Source: Giardia intestinalis
Taxonomy: Eukaryota
DNA: 64,000 nt
Strand: one strand, 5' to 3'
NCBI GenBank assembly: GCA_000002435.2
Contig: CM018790.1
Both the position numbers and the translations under genes were made by a program. Under the pieces are notes generated by a model. That model did not search any database. It was not told where the DNA came from and worked only from the letters and a program-made list of their open reading frames with translations. This document shows positions 37,148 to 46,674 of this stretch, one piece after another (within the stretch, counting starts at the first letter, position 1; each line of letters begins with the position of its first letter).

Positions 37148-39553
37148 CTAGATAACTTCTTCCATTAGTTGAAGTATTCTACGACACCAATCTGCGAAGA
37201 TTTGCGAACCGGTGCGTCTTTTTGATAGAGTCATTACCATCGAAATCAAATTACTGTCCTTCGCAATCAAGCCAACGGCATACTCTATCACTTCCGATGA
37301 ATCGTACGGGAACCTCTTGTCGAATAACTTGTATATTTGGACCTCTACTGTGTCATGATAGAGAGTGATGTAACCCCGAATATTATCCGGTTGATAGACA
37401 GAGAATAGGTCTAAAAGAGGGAGCAGTACCTTTTCCCGTTTCTTATGAAGCAATATGCCATCTACCAGAAGTGCGCAAACTATATTGGGACTGACGTAAT
37501 CCTGCAGTACCTTGAGAAGAGAACCAAGGAGATCGGCATTAAGGTAAAAGTGCACATCCCTCAGTTTCTCACTAATGGTAGTAGAGAAGGATTTAGTGGT
37601 AATAATAGGGGTGGCTGTAAACCTCATAAGATGCTGCTTGTCAATGGAAGATAGATCTGATAGTATTGATGTCGAAGCGCGCGCACCTGCCTGACTAAGC
37701 TCTTCAGAAGGTTCGCTGGTCACAAGAAAGTATAGGTGTCCGTAGAGATCGAGGGCGCTAGCCTGCACAAGGGCGCTGGAGTCAGCCAGGAGACTGGCCA
37801 AGCAGTGCTTCAAGTCTATCAGCTCGTCCTCCTCCACGGCGGCAATGGCAAAGCACTTCAATGCATTGATGCAAAGCACTCTGTTTCTAGCGTTGATATC
37901 TTGCCGAGCAGTTTGCATAAGAAATTGGCGACCCTCCCGATTCGTGAGACAAATGCACTCTGCAACCAAAAGTTTTGATGACGAGGCAGAGGAGAACAAG
38001 GTTATGAAATGCTGGACATCTTCCTGCTTGAGTAGCAGGTCTTGCGGGCTTATACTAACATTGGAGTACACATACTTTATCGTCAAAAGACAAAAATTTC
38101 GCACCTTTGGGTGTTGGTTAGTAGTAGAAAGATTTAGAATAGAATAAAAAAGGCCCATGGCCACTGTTTTGTGAACGTATTGTAAGTATCTAACAAGAAG
38201 TAATCCCAGGCTGATAACAGCAACTTCCTTCACAGAATCAGATGGGTGGAAGATTGCATCCAGTACACATTCTATAAACTGGATAGCATGTATAGACTGT
38301 AGCCGCTTATACACGCGTGCACTACTTGTACTCGTTGATGAGGAGTCTGCTAGAGAACAAAGGATGCTTGTCATGGCAGAGATGGCAGATGACACGACTC
38401 CTTCGTTAGATGATTGCATAGATGACTTCAAAGAGGTAAGTAACAACAAGTACGTTTTATCGGACAGCGTTCTCAGTTGACAGAAAGAGGAGGTCAAACG
38501 CTTTTCAGACCGATCTAGCTGCTCATCATTCATGGATTGACTCGCAGACACGTTCGTAGTATGCTTAGTAATGTCGAGATCTCCTAGATGAAGAGAGTTT
38601 GCTCTCGAAGTGCGAGAGGATGCACGACGGCTTTCTGAGGGTGATGTTGTCAGATGTGCCTTGTGGGAAGATGGACCTTCTAAGCTCCTCCAGACAGCAT
38701 TCTCACATATGGCCAGCTTTTCATGGAGAAGTTCGAGATAAAGACACAGCTCTTCGTAGCAAAGAACAATTGTGTCATCAGTGATGGTATACGTACACCC
38801 GGATGTGTCAGAGATTGTAATCTTGCAGTTGTAGGGACACTCGATTGAGCATGGAAACTCGCTAGTCGCGCAAACATCGCAGCTAGAGGCATTTATCTTT
38901 ATATCACGAGCTAGTGCCTGCAGACACGCTACTCTGAAACTCCTATCAGCTACTTCACCTCGCTCGTCTTTGATGACAGAGCATAGATGGCGGAACGCAA
39001 AGAGTTTGATGAGGGCGGTGGCCACGAGGTCTTGTTGTGCATAAGTGATAGTGTGATTGTAAGAAGTGCTCGGGTCAAGAAGATCAAGGATCGGCTTGGT
39101 GGCGTGCCGCCGAGCGTTATAGCCCAACTGAATTATCGCTCTAAGGGTCATGGCCCGGTCTATAGCCCACATCTCCATGACCATGGGCGTGACCACATGC
39201 TCCTGAATGCATGGGAAGGAACACAACAACGCTAGCAGTTCGCATCTATGTGGAGTGGGGACGCCTCGCAAAGTTCGCAAAAAACTCCTTAAATAGCCGT
39301 GCCGCAGCAACAGTGACAAAGCTTTAGAGGCTAACTCTCTACAAAACGGATCCTGTGTCAAACCACACAATTGCGTAGTTGAATCACCTGATGAATCCAC
39401 CTGTGTAATGCACGATGGCTCAAGGAGCAGCCTGCATAGAAAAAGATACTCTCTGTCGCCACAGGCACCTTGTTCTAATGTCCAAAGCTCCGAAACAATT
39501 CTAGTGCAATATCCTCTATCACATACATCAGCTTCAGTGAGCGAATTTAGCAT
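37148..39553 (-). CDS. Hypothetical protein, 801 aa, helical-repeat (ARM/HEAT-like) appearance with Cys clusters
   Basis: Long ORF, ATG verified, Leu-rich amphipathic repeats. No family recognised. Confidence 0.5.
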   Translation of the reverse strand: MLNSLTEADVCDRGYCTRIVSELWTLEQGACGDREYLFLCRLLLEPSCITQVDSSGDSTTQLCGLTQDPFCRELASKALSLLLRHGYLRSFLRTLRGVPTPHRCELLALLCSFPCIQEHVVTPMVMEMWAIDRAMTLRAIIQLGYNARRHATKPILDLLDPSTSYNHTITYAQQDLVATALIKLFAFRHLCSVIKDERGEVADRSFRVACLQALARDIKINASSCDVCATSEFPCSIECPYNCKITISDTSGCTYTITDDTIVLCYEELCLYLELLHEKLAICENAVWRSLEGPSSHKAHLTTSPSESRRASSRTSRANSLHLGDLDITKHTTNVSASQSMNDEQLDRSEKRLTSSFCQLRTLSDKTYLLLLTSLKSSMQSSNEGVVSSAISAMTSILCSLADSSSTSTSSARVYKRLQSIHAIQFIECVLDAIFHPSDSVKEVAVISLGLLLVRYLQYVHKTVAMGLFYSILNLSTTNQHPKVRNFCLLTIKYVYSNVSISPQDLLLKQEDVQHFITLFSSASSSKLLVAECICLTNREGRQFLMQTARQDINARNRVLCINALKCFAIAAVEEDELIDLKHCLASLLADSSALVQASALDLYGHLYFLVTSEPSEELSQAGARASTSILSDLSSIDKQHLMRFTATPIITTKSFSTTISEKLRDVHFYLNADLLGSLLKVLQDYVSPNIVCALLVDGILLHKKREKVLLPLLDLFSVYQPDNIRGYITLYHDTVEVQIYKLFDKRFPYDSSEVIEYAVGLIAKDSNLISMVMTLSKRRTGSQIFADWCRRILQLMEEVI

Positions 39554-39816
39554 AACACAGCCTTGGGCCCTAAAACTACATGTTGTTTATATGTGCGACA
39601 ATTTCTATAAAAATTGAAGTTTAATTTGAAATTATCATTTTTAATCATATTTGGCAAACAACGACCTAAGATGCTACCTGGGGCTAAACGCTATCACTAA
39701 CGGGCAAATGAGGGCTTCCTTTGATATCCAAGGTTTCTGGGAGATAATGTACCGATTATATTTATGCCATTCAGATAAGATAATTCTTCTTTGTTTAAGG
39801 TGTTCCCTACTTTTCA

Positions 39817-42645
39817 ATGGGCATAGATCTGCTTGATAAATACTACTTCAGTGCTACTCTCCTGTCCAGGTGTCCATACGGTGATCTTTATGTTGCAAAT
39901 TCTAGACGTACACGTCTAAACGTTATTGCACGCGTAATCCACCTTGAATTTATAGAATCAACGGTTATGAAGCAGCTAAAAGATGCATATGAGCAAACAA
40001 AGCGCATCGACCACGCTAATATATTTTTATACACGGCTTTCTATCTGGACGAGAATACCATCATTCTCGAGGCCGATACCGATCAACAGACGGTTGTAGA
40101 CGATCTGGCCATAAGAAAGGACCTGGGAACATCGTACACCACTGACGAGCTGTTTTACTTTGCGTATCAGATTGCCGATGCCCTTTACCATATACATTGC
40201 AAGAGCGTCTACGAGGGCCTTCTGTTTTCTGTCAGAGCTGATAGCGTTGTCATAAAGGGAAGCCCTGTGAACCTTATGGACATGAAGGCTAAGTTGAGTA
40301 TATTCACGGCCAAGTGGCCAGCCCAAAATCAACCTACCACGGCAAGGTTTGAGACTCGCCTAGCGGTGTCCGATATCTTTGAGTTCTCAAAGATGTCTTT
40401 TGAGCAGCATGCCCTTTACAACATTACCATGCTTGGGCATCTACTCCTGGAGATGGCCCTTATGAGGCCTCTGGAAAAGGGAACTGCGAACTCAGTATGT
40501 GCAGAAAATGAAGACTTAATTATTAGCACCCACAACACTACCCTTTTAGACCTAATACGATTCTGCCTAAATTCCACCCAATCTCGGCGGACCATCATAA
40601 TTGACATCAAAGACCTTGCAGCATTTGGTCTGGGATTACGGTATGCAGATCAGGAATTCCGTTTCTATAGCTCTCGAGAGAAGGCGTCTACCGTTGACAA
40701 GCTAATAAAGCAGCTCCAGGCGGAGAAGAAGTTTCTCAGCTCAATTAGAGCGCGGGATATTATCATGCAAGCACTCAGAATGGCCACGATGGCATATGAC
40801 AAGGGCTTGGGGCTCAATTATTACGCAGAGGATGTCAGCATAGTTAAGGACACTATTACCATATACCCTGATGCAAGTGTAGACGGGCACATATATGATC
40901 TCCTGAGGGACATGGCGAAGGTGATCGAGCCAGGATTCTTCGCCCAAGAGTTGAGCAGGCTTACTAATGTGAAGGTGGTTCCATCTCTGCACGATGCTGT
41001 AGCAACACTGGAGCCCTTGCTAGCCAAGATAGGAACTAACCAAATGGTCAAGCTTACTGCAATGGAGCTAGTTCTGAGCGAGCTAGCCAGCAAGATCCCG
41101 GAAGATAGCAACAGCTTTACCATCCTGTATGCTCAGCTGTCCGACCAAGGTTTTAGCATCGCCGAAGCAAACAACATTATCTCGATGCTTCCCCAACTTG
41201 TCCACAGACCAATTCTTCTATCTGTCTTTATGCGATGCTGCATTGAAAAGTCGATCTCCCTAAAGGTGCCCTTTCGCCTCGGCAATGTTCAGCCAACCAT
41301 GTCCAAGTTGATGACGGCGTTGTTAAAGGGCGGCCATGGCGTAACATCCTTGAAAGATTACTTGTGCGATCTTGGGCAGCAATGTCTCGCTCCGATCTGC
41401 TTGCTAGATCGCAATAGTTGCAAACTGTTTTGCACTCACCTTACTGCACTTATGGTGGCAGCATGGTATAACAAGCTGGGAGCTATACGCCTGTTATTAG
41501 CAGAGCTAGGGTACTGCACAGACAACCAGATGACTGCGCTTATGTTTGCTTCTGTTGCTGGAAGTACTGAGTCGGTCCCCTTTTTGACAATGGAAGCCCA
41601 ACACAGGAATTCGCTTGGTCAAACAGCTCTGATGCTTGCTGCCATACGTGGTCATATGAACGTGGCCAAAATACTAGCGCCCCTAGAGGCCGGGATACAG
41701 GACTGCCGGGGAAGAACTGCCCTCATGTATGCAGTGCAGCAGGACAATCCAAAGATGGTGCAGCTCTTGTTAGAGTATGAAAGTGGATACCAAGACAGTG
41801 ATGGCAATACAGCTCTGATGTATGCGATTTATCGCAACTCCCTAATATATACAGAGCTTCTATTTCGTTACGAATCAGCAAAACAAACAAAAGATAACAT
41901 GACCGCACTTCTGTTCGCCATTAGAGGCAACAAGCCCGACCTAATACAGCTACTACTTCCCATGGAGGTATCTCTAACCACGACGACTGGAGAAACGGTC
42001 TTAATGTATGCAGCTCAAGCTGGGAACGAGCAACTTGTTCGTCAGTTGATAAACCTATATCCTAAACTTGCGCTGAACCGACAGGATGGCACAGGATGGA
42101 CTGCTCTAATGAGGGCAGCCCAGATGGGCTATGAGAATATTGTAAAACTGCTTCTACCACATGAGGGTGGTCGACAAACCAACGATGGCACCACAGCACT
42201 TATGATTGCCACCAAAAACCATAGTAACAACATAGTTCTTGTCCTTCGAAAAGAGGAACGGAGGCTTACAGACAAAAATGGAGATACAGCACTAATACAT
42301 GCCGCTAGAAACGGAAACATAAATGCCATTCGCTTGCTAAAGAGTTACGAGGCTGGTCTTCTGAACAATGACGGGTACACTGCTCTGATGGTAGCAGTCA
42401 AACAGGGGTATGTTGATCTTGCAGATGAATTGTTCTTACCGGAATATAAAGTACGTGCATACTCTGGCCTGAGTGCTCTTGGTGTAGCGCATGCAACAAG
42501 GAATCGCGCCATATTAGAACTATTTGCCAAGAAGATGGAAGAGCATTGTTCTTTAAACCCAAAGCACAACCAGGAGATGGAGCTAACTTGGTCACCAATT
42601 CACTATGCTACCCCCTTCACAGCCGTGAATACAGAGCCGCAATGA
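39817..42645 (+). CDS. Ankyrin-repeat protein with degenerate NEK-like N-terminal domain (Protein 21.1 family), 942 aa
   Basis: At least 12 C-terminal ankyrin repeats (TALMFASVAGS…, QTALMLAAIRGHMNVAKILAP…). The N-terminal 300 aa is kinase-like in fold but lacks GxGxxG, HRD and DFG. Confidence 0.75.
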   Translation: MGIDLLDKYYFSATLLSRCPYGDLYVANSRRTRLNVIARVIHLEFIESTVMKQLKDAYEQTKRIDHANIFLYTAFYLDENTIILEADTDQQTVVDDLAIRKDLGTSYTTDELFYFAYQIADALYHIHCKSVYEGLLFSVRADSVVIKGSPVNLMDMKAKLSIFTAKWPAQNQPTTARFETRLAVSDIFEFSKMSFEQHALYNITMLGHLLLEMALMRPLEKGTANSVCAENEDLIISTHNTTLLDLIRFCLNSTQSRRTIIIDIKDLAAFGLGLRYADQEFRFYSSREKASTVDKLIKQLQAEKKFLSSIRARDIIMQALRMATMAYDKGLGLNYYAEDVSIVKDTITIYPDASVDGHIYDLLRDMAKVIEPGFFAQELSRLTNVKVVPSLHDAVATLEPLLAKIGTNQMVKLTAMELVLSELASKIPEDSNSFTILYAQLSDQGFSIAEANNIISMLPQLVHRPILLSVFMRCCIEKSISLKVPFRLGNVQPTMSKLMTALLKGGHGVTSLKDYLCDLGQQCLAPICLLDRNSCKLFCTHLTALMVAAWYNKLGAIRLLLAELGYCTDNQMTALMFASVAGSTESVPFLTMEAQHRNSLGQTALMLAAIRGHMNVAKILAPLEAGIQDCRGRTALMYAVQQDNPKMVQLLLEYESGYQDSDGNTALMYAIYRNSLIYTELLFRYESAKQTKDNMTALLFAIRGNKPDLIQLLLPMEVSLTTTTGETVLMYAAQAGNEQLVRQLINLYPKLALNRQDGTGWTALMRAAQMGYENIVKLLLPHEGGRQTNDGTTALMIATKNHSNNIVLVLRKEERRLTDKNGDTALIHAARNGNINAIRLLKSYEAGLLNNDGYTALMVAVKQGYVDLADELFLPEYKVRAYSGLSALGVAHATRNRAILELFAKKMEEHCSLNPKHNQEMELTWSPIHYATPFTAVNTEPQ

Positions 42646-43634
42646 TACGGGCATCGATCGTTGCCATTAACAATGTTACACAGCAGGCAGGTGCTATGGA
42701 TCATGTGGGCTTTATGACACTTGAGCTGTGCAACAGAATATCGGGGATCAGAGAGTGGCAGTTGACACAGCACGCAAAGGTCGTCTGAAGCTGCACAGGG
42801 TGTTCCACGGCGGTGACACGTGTCGCACTTTCGGCAGTGTTCCCAGCCGTACTCGGTAGTGAAGACCATGCACTTGGAGCACCCATGGCGAAACAATAAC
42901 CCTCCACACCCTGTACATGGGACCTCGTCTTTATCAGTTTCACAGTTATGGATAGAGTGGTCCAAGTGACAGTGCATGCACTCAATGGTGTCTACTTTGG
43001 TCCAATCAACAGGGTCAATTATCTGGTTATCTAGAAGCACCGTCTCGTAGCAAGCCTTGCAGGACACTTTGGTTGATGATTCAAATCCAAGGGAGGAGTT
43101 TAACCCCTCCACTCTTAGAAGCACACCTGTCATACAGTGATCGCACCCTTGGGTATATCCCATGTAGAGTAGCAAAAACGACGGATTGCCTTCTATGTAG
43201 CTACGCCTTAGCTGTCTGGGATCATTGCACGATTCCAAATGGTTCGAGAGAACGTCCCAAAAGCTCCTCTGAGTTACCTTATCAGCTACGTCACCTGGCA
43301 GAGCGTAAATGACTAGCCCGTGCAGGTAAGTCGAAGCAATGTCTCGCAGCTGCGGCTCGATGATAAAGTATATGTGGGTATCGAGATGCTTGATGCTTTC
43401 AGCAGGCTCGTCATACTGTAAGTGCATAGCCTTCAGAACTGTGCACACACTTGGAAAATGCTTCGTAGAAACCTCTTCAGAAGTAAATGAAACTTCTGTC
43501 ATGCATGCCTCAAAAGATGGGACACTGGCCTGTGCTGCCCGAAACACCCGCTCCCCAAGGGCCTTGTCAACAAACTGCCCCGGCCACAGAAGGTATCCGA
43601 GTGTGCTTTCTTGATACTTGAACAGGTGCTGCAT
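42603..43634 (-). CDS. CHY/CTCHY zinc-finger plus RING-H2 protein (Pirh2/RCHY1-like E3 ligase, short paralog), 343 aa
   Basis: C-terminal CMHCHLDH…CTGCGG…FRHGCSKC…EHCRKCDTCH… then RING CVLCQLPL…LKCHKAHMIHSTCL. AGTGAAT overlaps the stop. The 3-prime end overlaps the converging NEK-like gene by 43 bp. Confidence 0.55.
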   Translation of the reverse strand: MQHLFKYQESTLGYLLWPGQFVDKALGERVFRAAQASVPSFEACMTEVSFTSEEVSTKHFPSVCTVLKAMHLQYDEPAESIKHLDTHIYFIIEPQLRDIASTYLHGLVIYALPGDVADKVTQRSFWDVLSNHLESCNDPRQLRRSYIEGNPSFLLLYMGYTQGCDHCMTGVLLRVEGLNSSLGFESSTKVSCKACYETVLLDNQIIDPVDWTKVDTIECMHCHLDHSIHNCETDKDEVPCTGCGGLLFRHGCSKCMVFTTEYGWEHCRKCDTCHRRGTPCAASDDLCVLCQLPLSDPRYSVAQLKCHKAHMIHSTCLLCNIVNGNDRCPYHCGSVFTAVKGVA

Positions 43635-43654
43635 GTAAGAGGATTTACTAAAGC

Positions 43655-46465
43655 TTACCAGCCGCCGTAGCCCCCGCCAGACGTATTGTCGTACCCACCA
43701 TAACCGCCGGAGGTGTTGTCGTAACCGCCGTACCCACCGGTCGCCCCGGAATCGTAGCCACCGGTTGTCCCAGAGTCATAACCGCCATAGTTCCCGTAGC
43801 CACCATAGCCGCCAGCTCCACTATCGTAGCCTCCGCCGTAGCCAGTATTCTGCGCATTGTATCCGCCGTACCCGTCGTTGTTCTGGCCCCATGCGTTGTA
43901 TCCTGTACCCTCAACCCCCGTGTTATCAACATGGCCTTGCGTGACCTCACCATAACCGCCGGCTGCTTGGGGTGCTGCTTGAGGAATGTGAGGCTGCTGC
44001 TCTGGCATCATTTGCTGTTGCTGCTGTTGCATAGGCTGCTGGTACTGTTGCTGCATTGGTTGCTGCATCTGGTTCTGCTGAACTTGCGGCTGCTGTGCTG
44101 CAGCTTGTGTCTGGGCAGCCGGGTTTGTCGGCGGCTTGAAATTCTGAACCCGAGAATATGCGTCTTTATCTACAAGATTGAAGCATTCGCTGCACGTCCT
44201 GCGGATCTGCTCAAGATCCTGTGCTGTCTCGAGGCCAGGATGATTGATGCCCTTCAGCAGCGCCGGGAGAAACAGCATAGATATCGACTTAGCTGTGCAT
44301 CGCGTGTAGACCTTTTGGGTGAATTCAGCGAAGTATACGACGGCCTTTGGACTCTTGATGATGGGGTCTATCATTCCGTAGATGGCTGGAAGAACTGTTT
44401 CTGCAATATCGTTATCTTGAAGATATGCAATGATGACTGCAAGACATCGGAGACAGGACCCCATCATGGCGTCCGTAGAGGACCCACCCATGAGCCCGAT
44501 GATTTTTGGAGTCAGGGACTTAACAAACGGCTGGGTATACCTGTCAGTGAAGGTCGATATAGTATTGTCCTGCTTCTCTGGGGCTTGCTGAGCCGCCGTA
44601 CCAGCCATCAACGACTCCCTAGAATGGTCCATCATCCAGCACGTGACGTCACCAATGAACGGAGCACACGCAGCAATTGCAGCCAGAGCCTTCTCCTGAA
44701 TCATAGCATTCTTGCTCGAGAGGCAGGAAACCAAAAAGTTAAGATAGCTATAATGCGAGCGAGCCCCAACCTTCTTGTTCGTGAAGAAGGAGGCATACTC
44801 CAGAAGCACGAAGATCACCGTGGTGATTACGCTCTCCTGGTCTGTGTTTATCTGCTTATCGAAGTTGGGAATAAACTTAGTGCGCTCCTTCGTTGACTTA
44901 TCCATGGGTATATCCATATACGGTGTCTGGTACATGAACAGCCTTCCATAGACTTCGATACCCGATGTCCACGCTTGCTGCGTGCTGTGGGTCCCAGGAA
45001 ACTTGGAGCGGTGGTCCGTAAGTGTACATGCAAGAACAATGGGTTCCAGCAGGATGTACAGCTGGTCAGCAGGGATCTCTAACATGTAGGAGTACTGGAT
45101 CAGAAGAGGCACGGTGTATCGATAAATGTCTCTACGAGACAACATGCTAACGATACGAGGCCATATAGCCGCCATGGTGAGATCGACACTCAACATCCGC
45201 TTTTCCAGGCATATGGGGAGCATCTTGGTCAGGAACTGAACCGTTCGTTCCATGATGTTTGAGTCTCCGCTATTCGCTGGGGTCGATGCAGTAAACACCA
45301 TCTCCTTCTTGAGCTCCATGATCTCGTTGGCCACGCGAGCGACGGAGTTCTTGGACAGGAATTCTGTATACATTTGACCGCAATCGCACTCCTCACGAGA
45401 GGCAGCCCACAGGCTTGGCATCGCCGCTTCCATCTGGGAAAGGCAGACCTGCTCGGTGGCATTAATAGTCTGTGTCATGCTATACCATTTCGGAACGGTT
45501 GCCGCATTCTGGGCTGCCGCCGCGGGGCTGATGACGTTTGTAGTGGTCGGTAAACTTGCGCCGAACATCTTGGCACTCTCCTCGCAAAGCTCCTCGGTGC
45601 TCATATGCTGCATGCAGGGGGATGAGCTGCTGTACTTGCACGGGCGTCCACCAAAGATGGTGTAAATGCACGAGGCAAGCTGGAAGGCGTCGGAAACCTT
45701 GCTCGCCTTTTTGTTCTGGAGCATGGACGGACTCATAAAGTGTGCACACGGCCGAGTGAGGGCGCCGGAGTCAGAAGAGAATTCAAAGTTGATCCCCCCT
45801 GGAAGGCAACACGAAAAGCCGACCAGGCGCCACTCCCCGCGCGGAGTGATGGCTATGTTCGCAGGGGTAAGGTTGCCGAAGACGTATCCGTCGTTCTGGA
45901 GAATGCTCAGAGAGCGGAGCAGTGTCATGTACCCATAGGCAATGGAGTCTGGCTGAACATACTGCAGTAGATTTGTGAATGGGTTCGCAGAATAGATGCG
46001 AGGATTAGCGTTGGCAAGCATTTCGTGGTCTGCCTTACGCTTAATGACGTTCAGGCATGTGTGGCCGAACAGCTTATAAAGGGAAGAAAGGGTGCCAACC
46101 AGCGGCTCGGTGACATAGTAGAGGCAATTATTTTCTTCTTGGAGCTGCTCTAGGATGATCAGTATTTCCTTCGCATTCTTCCCGGGAACTGCCGCGTCTT
46201 TGTTGATGAAACTGAAGAACTGCTTAGAGAGGTTGTCTGCCTTCCCGAAGACAAACTTCTCGACGAGCTTCTTCTCTATAACAAAGACCGTCCCGAAGGC
46301 ATTGGACTTCTTGTTCCTTCCAGAGTACATATGCCAGATACCAAAGGTACCTCCAAACCCCAATTGCTTCTCGAGCTCCCACTCCTTGAGTTTAATCTTC
46401 GGCGCATTGGGCGTTGCGCGGGGCTCTATGCGCGATTTGAAGTAGGCTGGAGCTTGTTGCTGCAT
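43655..46465 (-). CDS. SCY1-like pseudokinase with HEAT repeats and a C-terminal Q/P-rich plus G/Y-rich low-complexity tail, 936 aa
   Basis: N-terminal WELEKQLGFGGTFGIWHMYSGRNK…; …CLYYVTEPLVGTLS…RGEWRLVGFSCC, compared with SCYL1 CLHVVTEAVTPLG…AGEWKLGGLDYM. No HRD/DFG. Tail …QPQVQQNQMQQPMQQQYQQP… then (GGY)n. Confidence 0.6.
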   Translation of the reverse strand: MQQQAPAYFKSRIEPRATPNAPKIKLKEWELEKQLGFGGTFGIWHMYSGRNKKSNAFGTVFVIEKKLVEKFVFGKADNLSKQFFSFINKDAAVPGKNAKEILIILEQLQEENNCLYYVTEPLVGTLSSLYKLFGHTCLNVIKRKADHEMLANANPRIYSANPFTNLLQYVQPDSIAYGYMTLLRSLSILQNDGYVFGNLTPANIAITPRGEWRLVGFSCCLPGGINFEFSSDSGALTRPCAHFMSPSMLQNKKASKVSDAFQLASCIYTIFGGRPCKYSSSSPCMQHMSTEELCEESAKMFGASLPTTTNVISPAAAAQNAATVPKWYSMTQTINATEQVCLSQMEAAMPSLWAASREECDCGQMYTEFLSKNSVARVANEIMELKKEMVFTASTPANSGDSNIMERTVQFLTKMLPICLEKRMLSVDLTMAAIWPRIVSMLSRRDIYRYTVPLLIQYSYMLEIPADQLYILLEPIVLACTLTDHRSKFPGTHSTQQAWTSGIEVYGRLFMYQTPYMDIPMDKSTKERTKFIPNFDKQINTDQESVITTVIFVLLEYASFFTNKKVGARSHYSYLNFLVSCLSSKNAMIQEKALAAIAACAPFIGDVTCWMMDHSRESLMAGTAAQQAPEKQDNTISTFTDRYTQPFVKSLTPKIIGLMGGSSTDAMMGSCLRCLAVIIAYLQDNDIAETVLPAIYGMIDPIIKSPKAVVYFAEFTQKVYTRCTAKSISMLFLPALLKGINHPGLETAQDLEQIRRTCSECFNLVDKDAYSRVQNFKPPTNPAAQTQAAAQQPQVQQNQMQQPMQQQYQQPMQQQQQQMMPEQQPHIPQAAPQAAGGYGEVTQGHVDNTGVEGTGYNAWGQNNDGYGGYNAQNTGYGGGYDSGAGGYGGYGNYGGYDSGTTGGYDSGATGGYGGYDNTSGGYGGYDNTSGGGYGGW

Positions 46466-46674
46466 GGGCCTTTTTTGATTCCGTTATTTTTTAAAGGGGC
46501 GACCGCAAAAAATGTGCCGTATCGGCCTCCTCCAAAGGTATATTACTGCTGCGGCGTGATTTAAGTACGCAGTCATCTTAGGCTGGGATTTACTAGGCTA
46601 CTTTATTGATAAAACGTGGCAGCAAAGACTGCATTCTACGAGTATTCAATCTACAAAAACTTTTCATGGAGATA

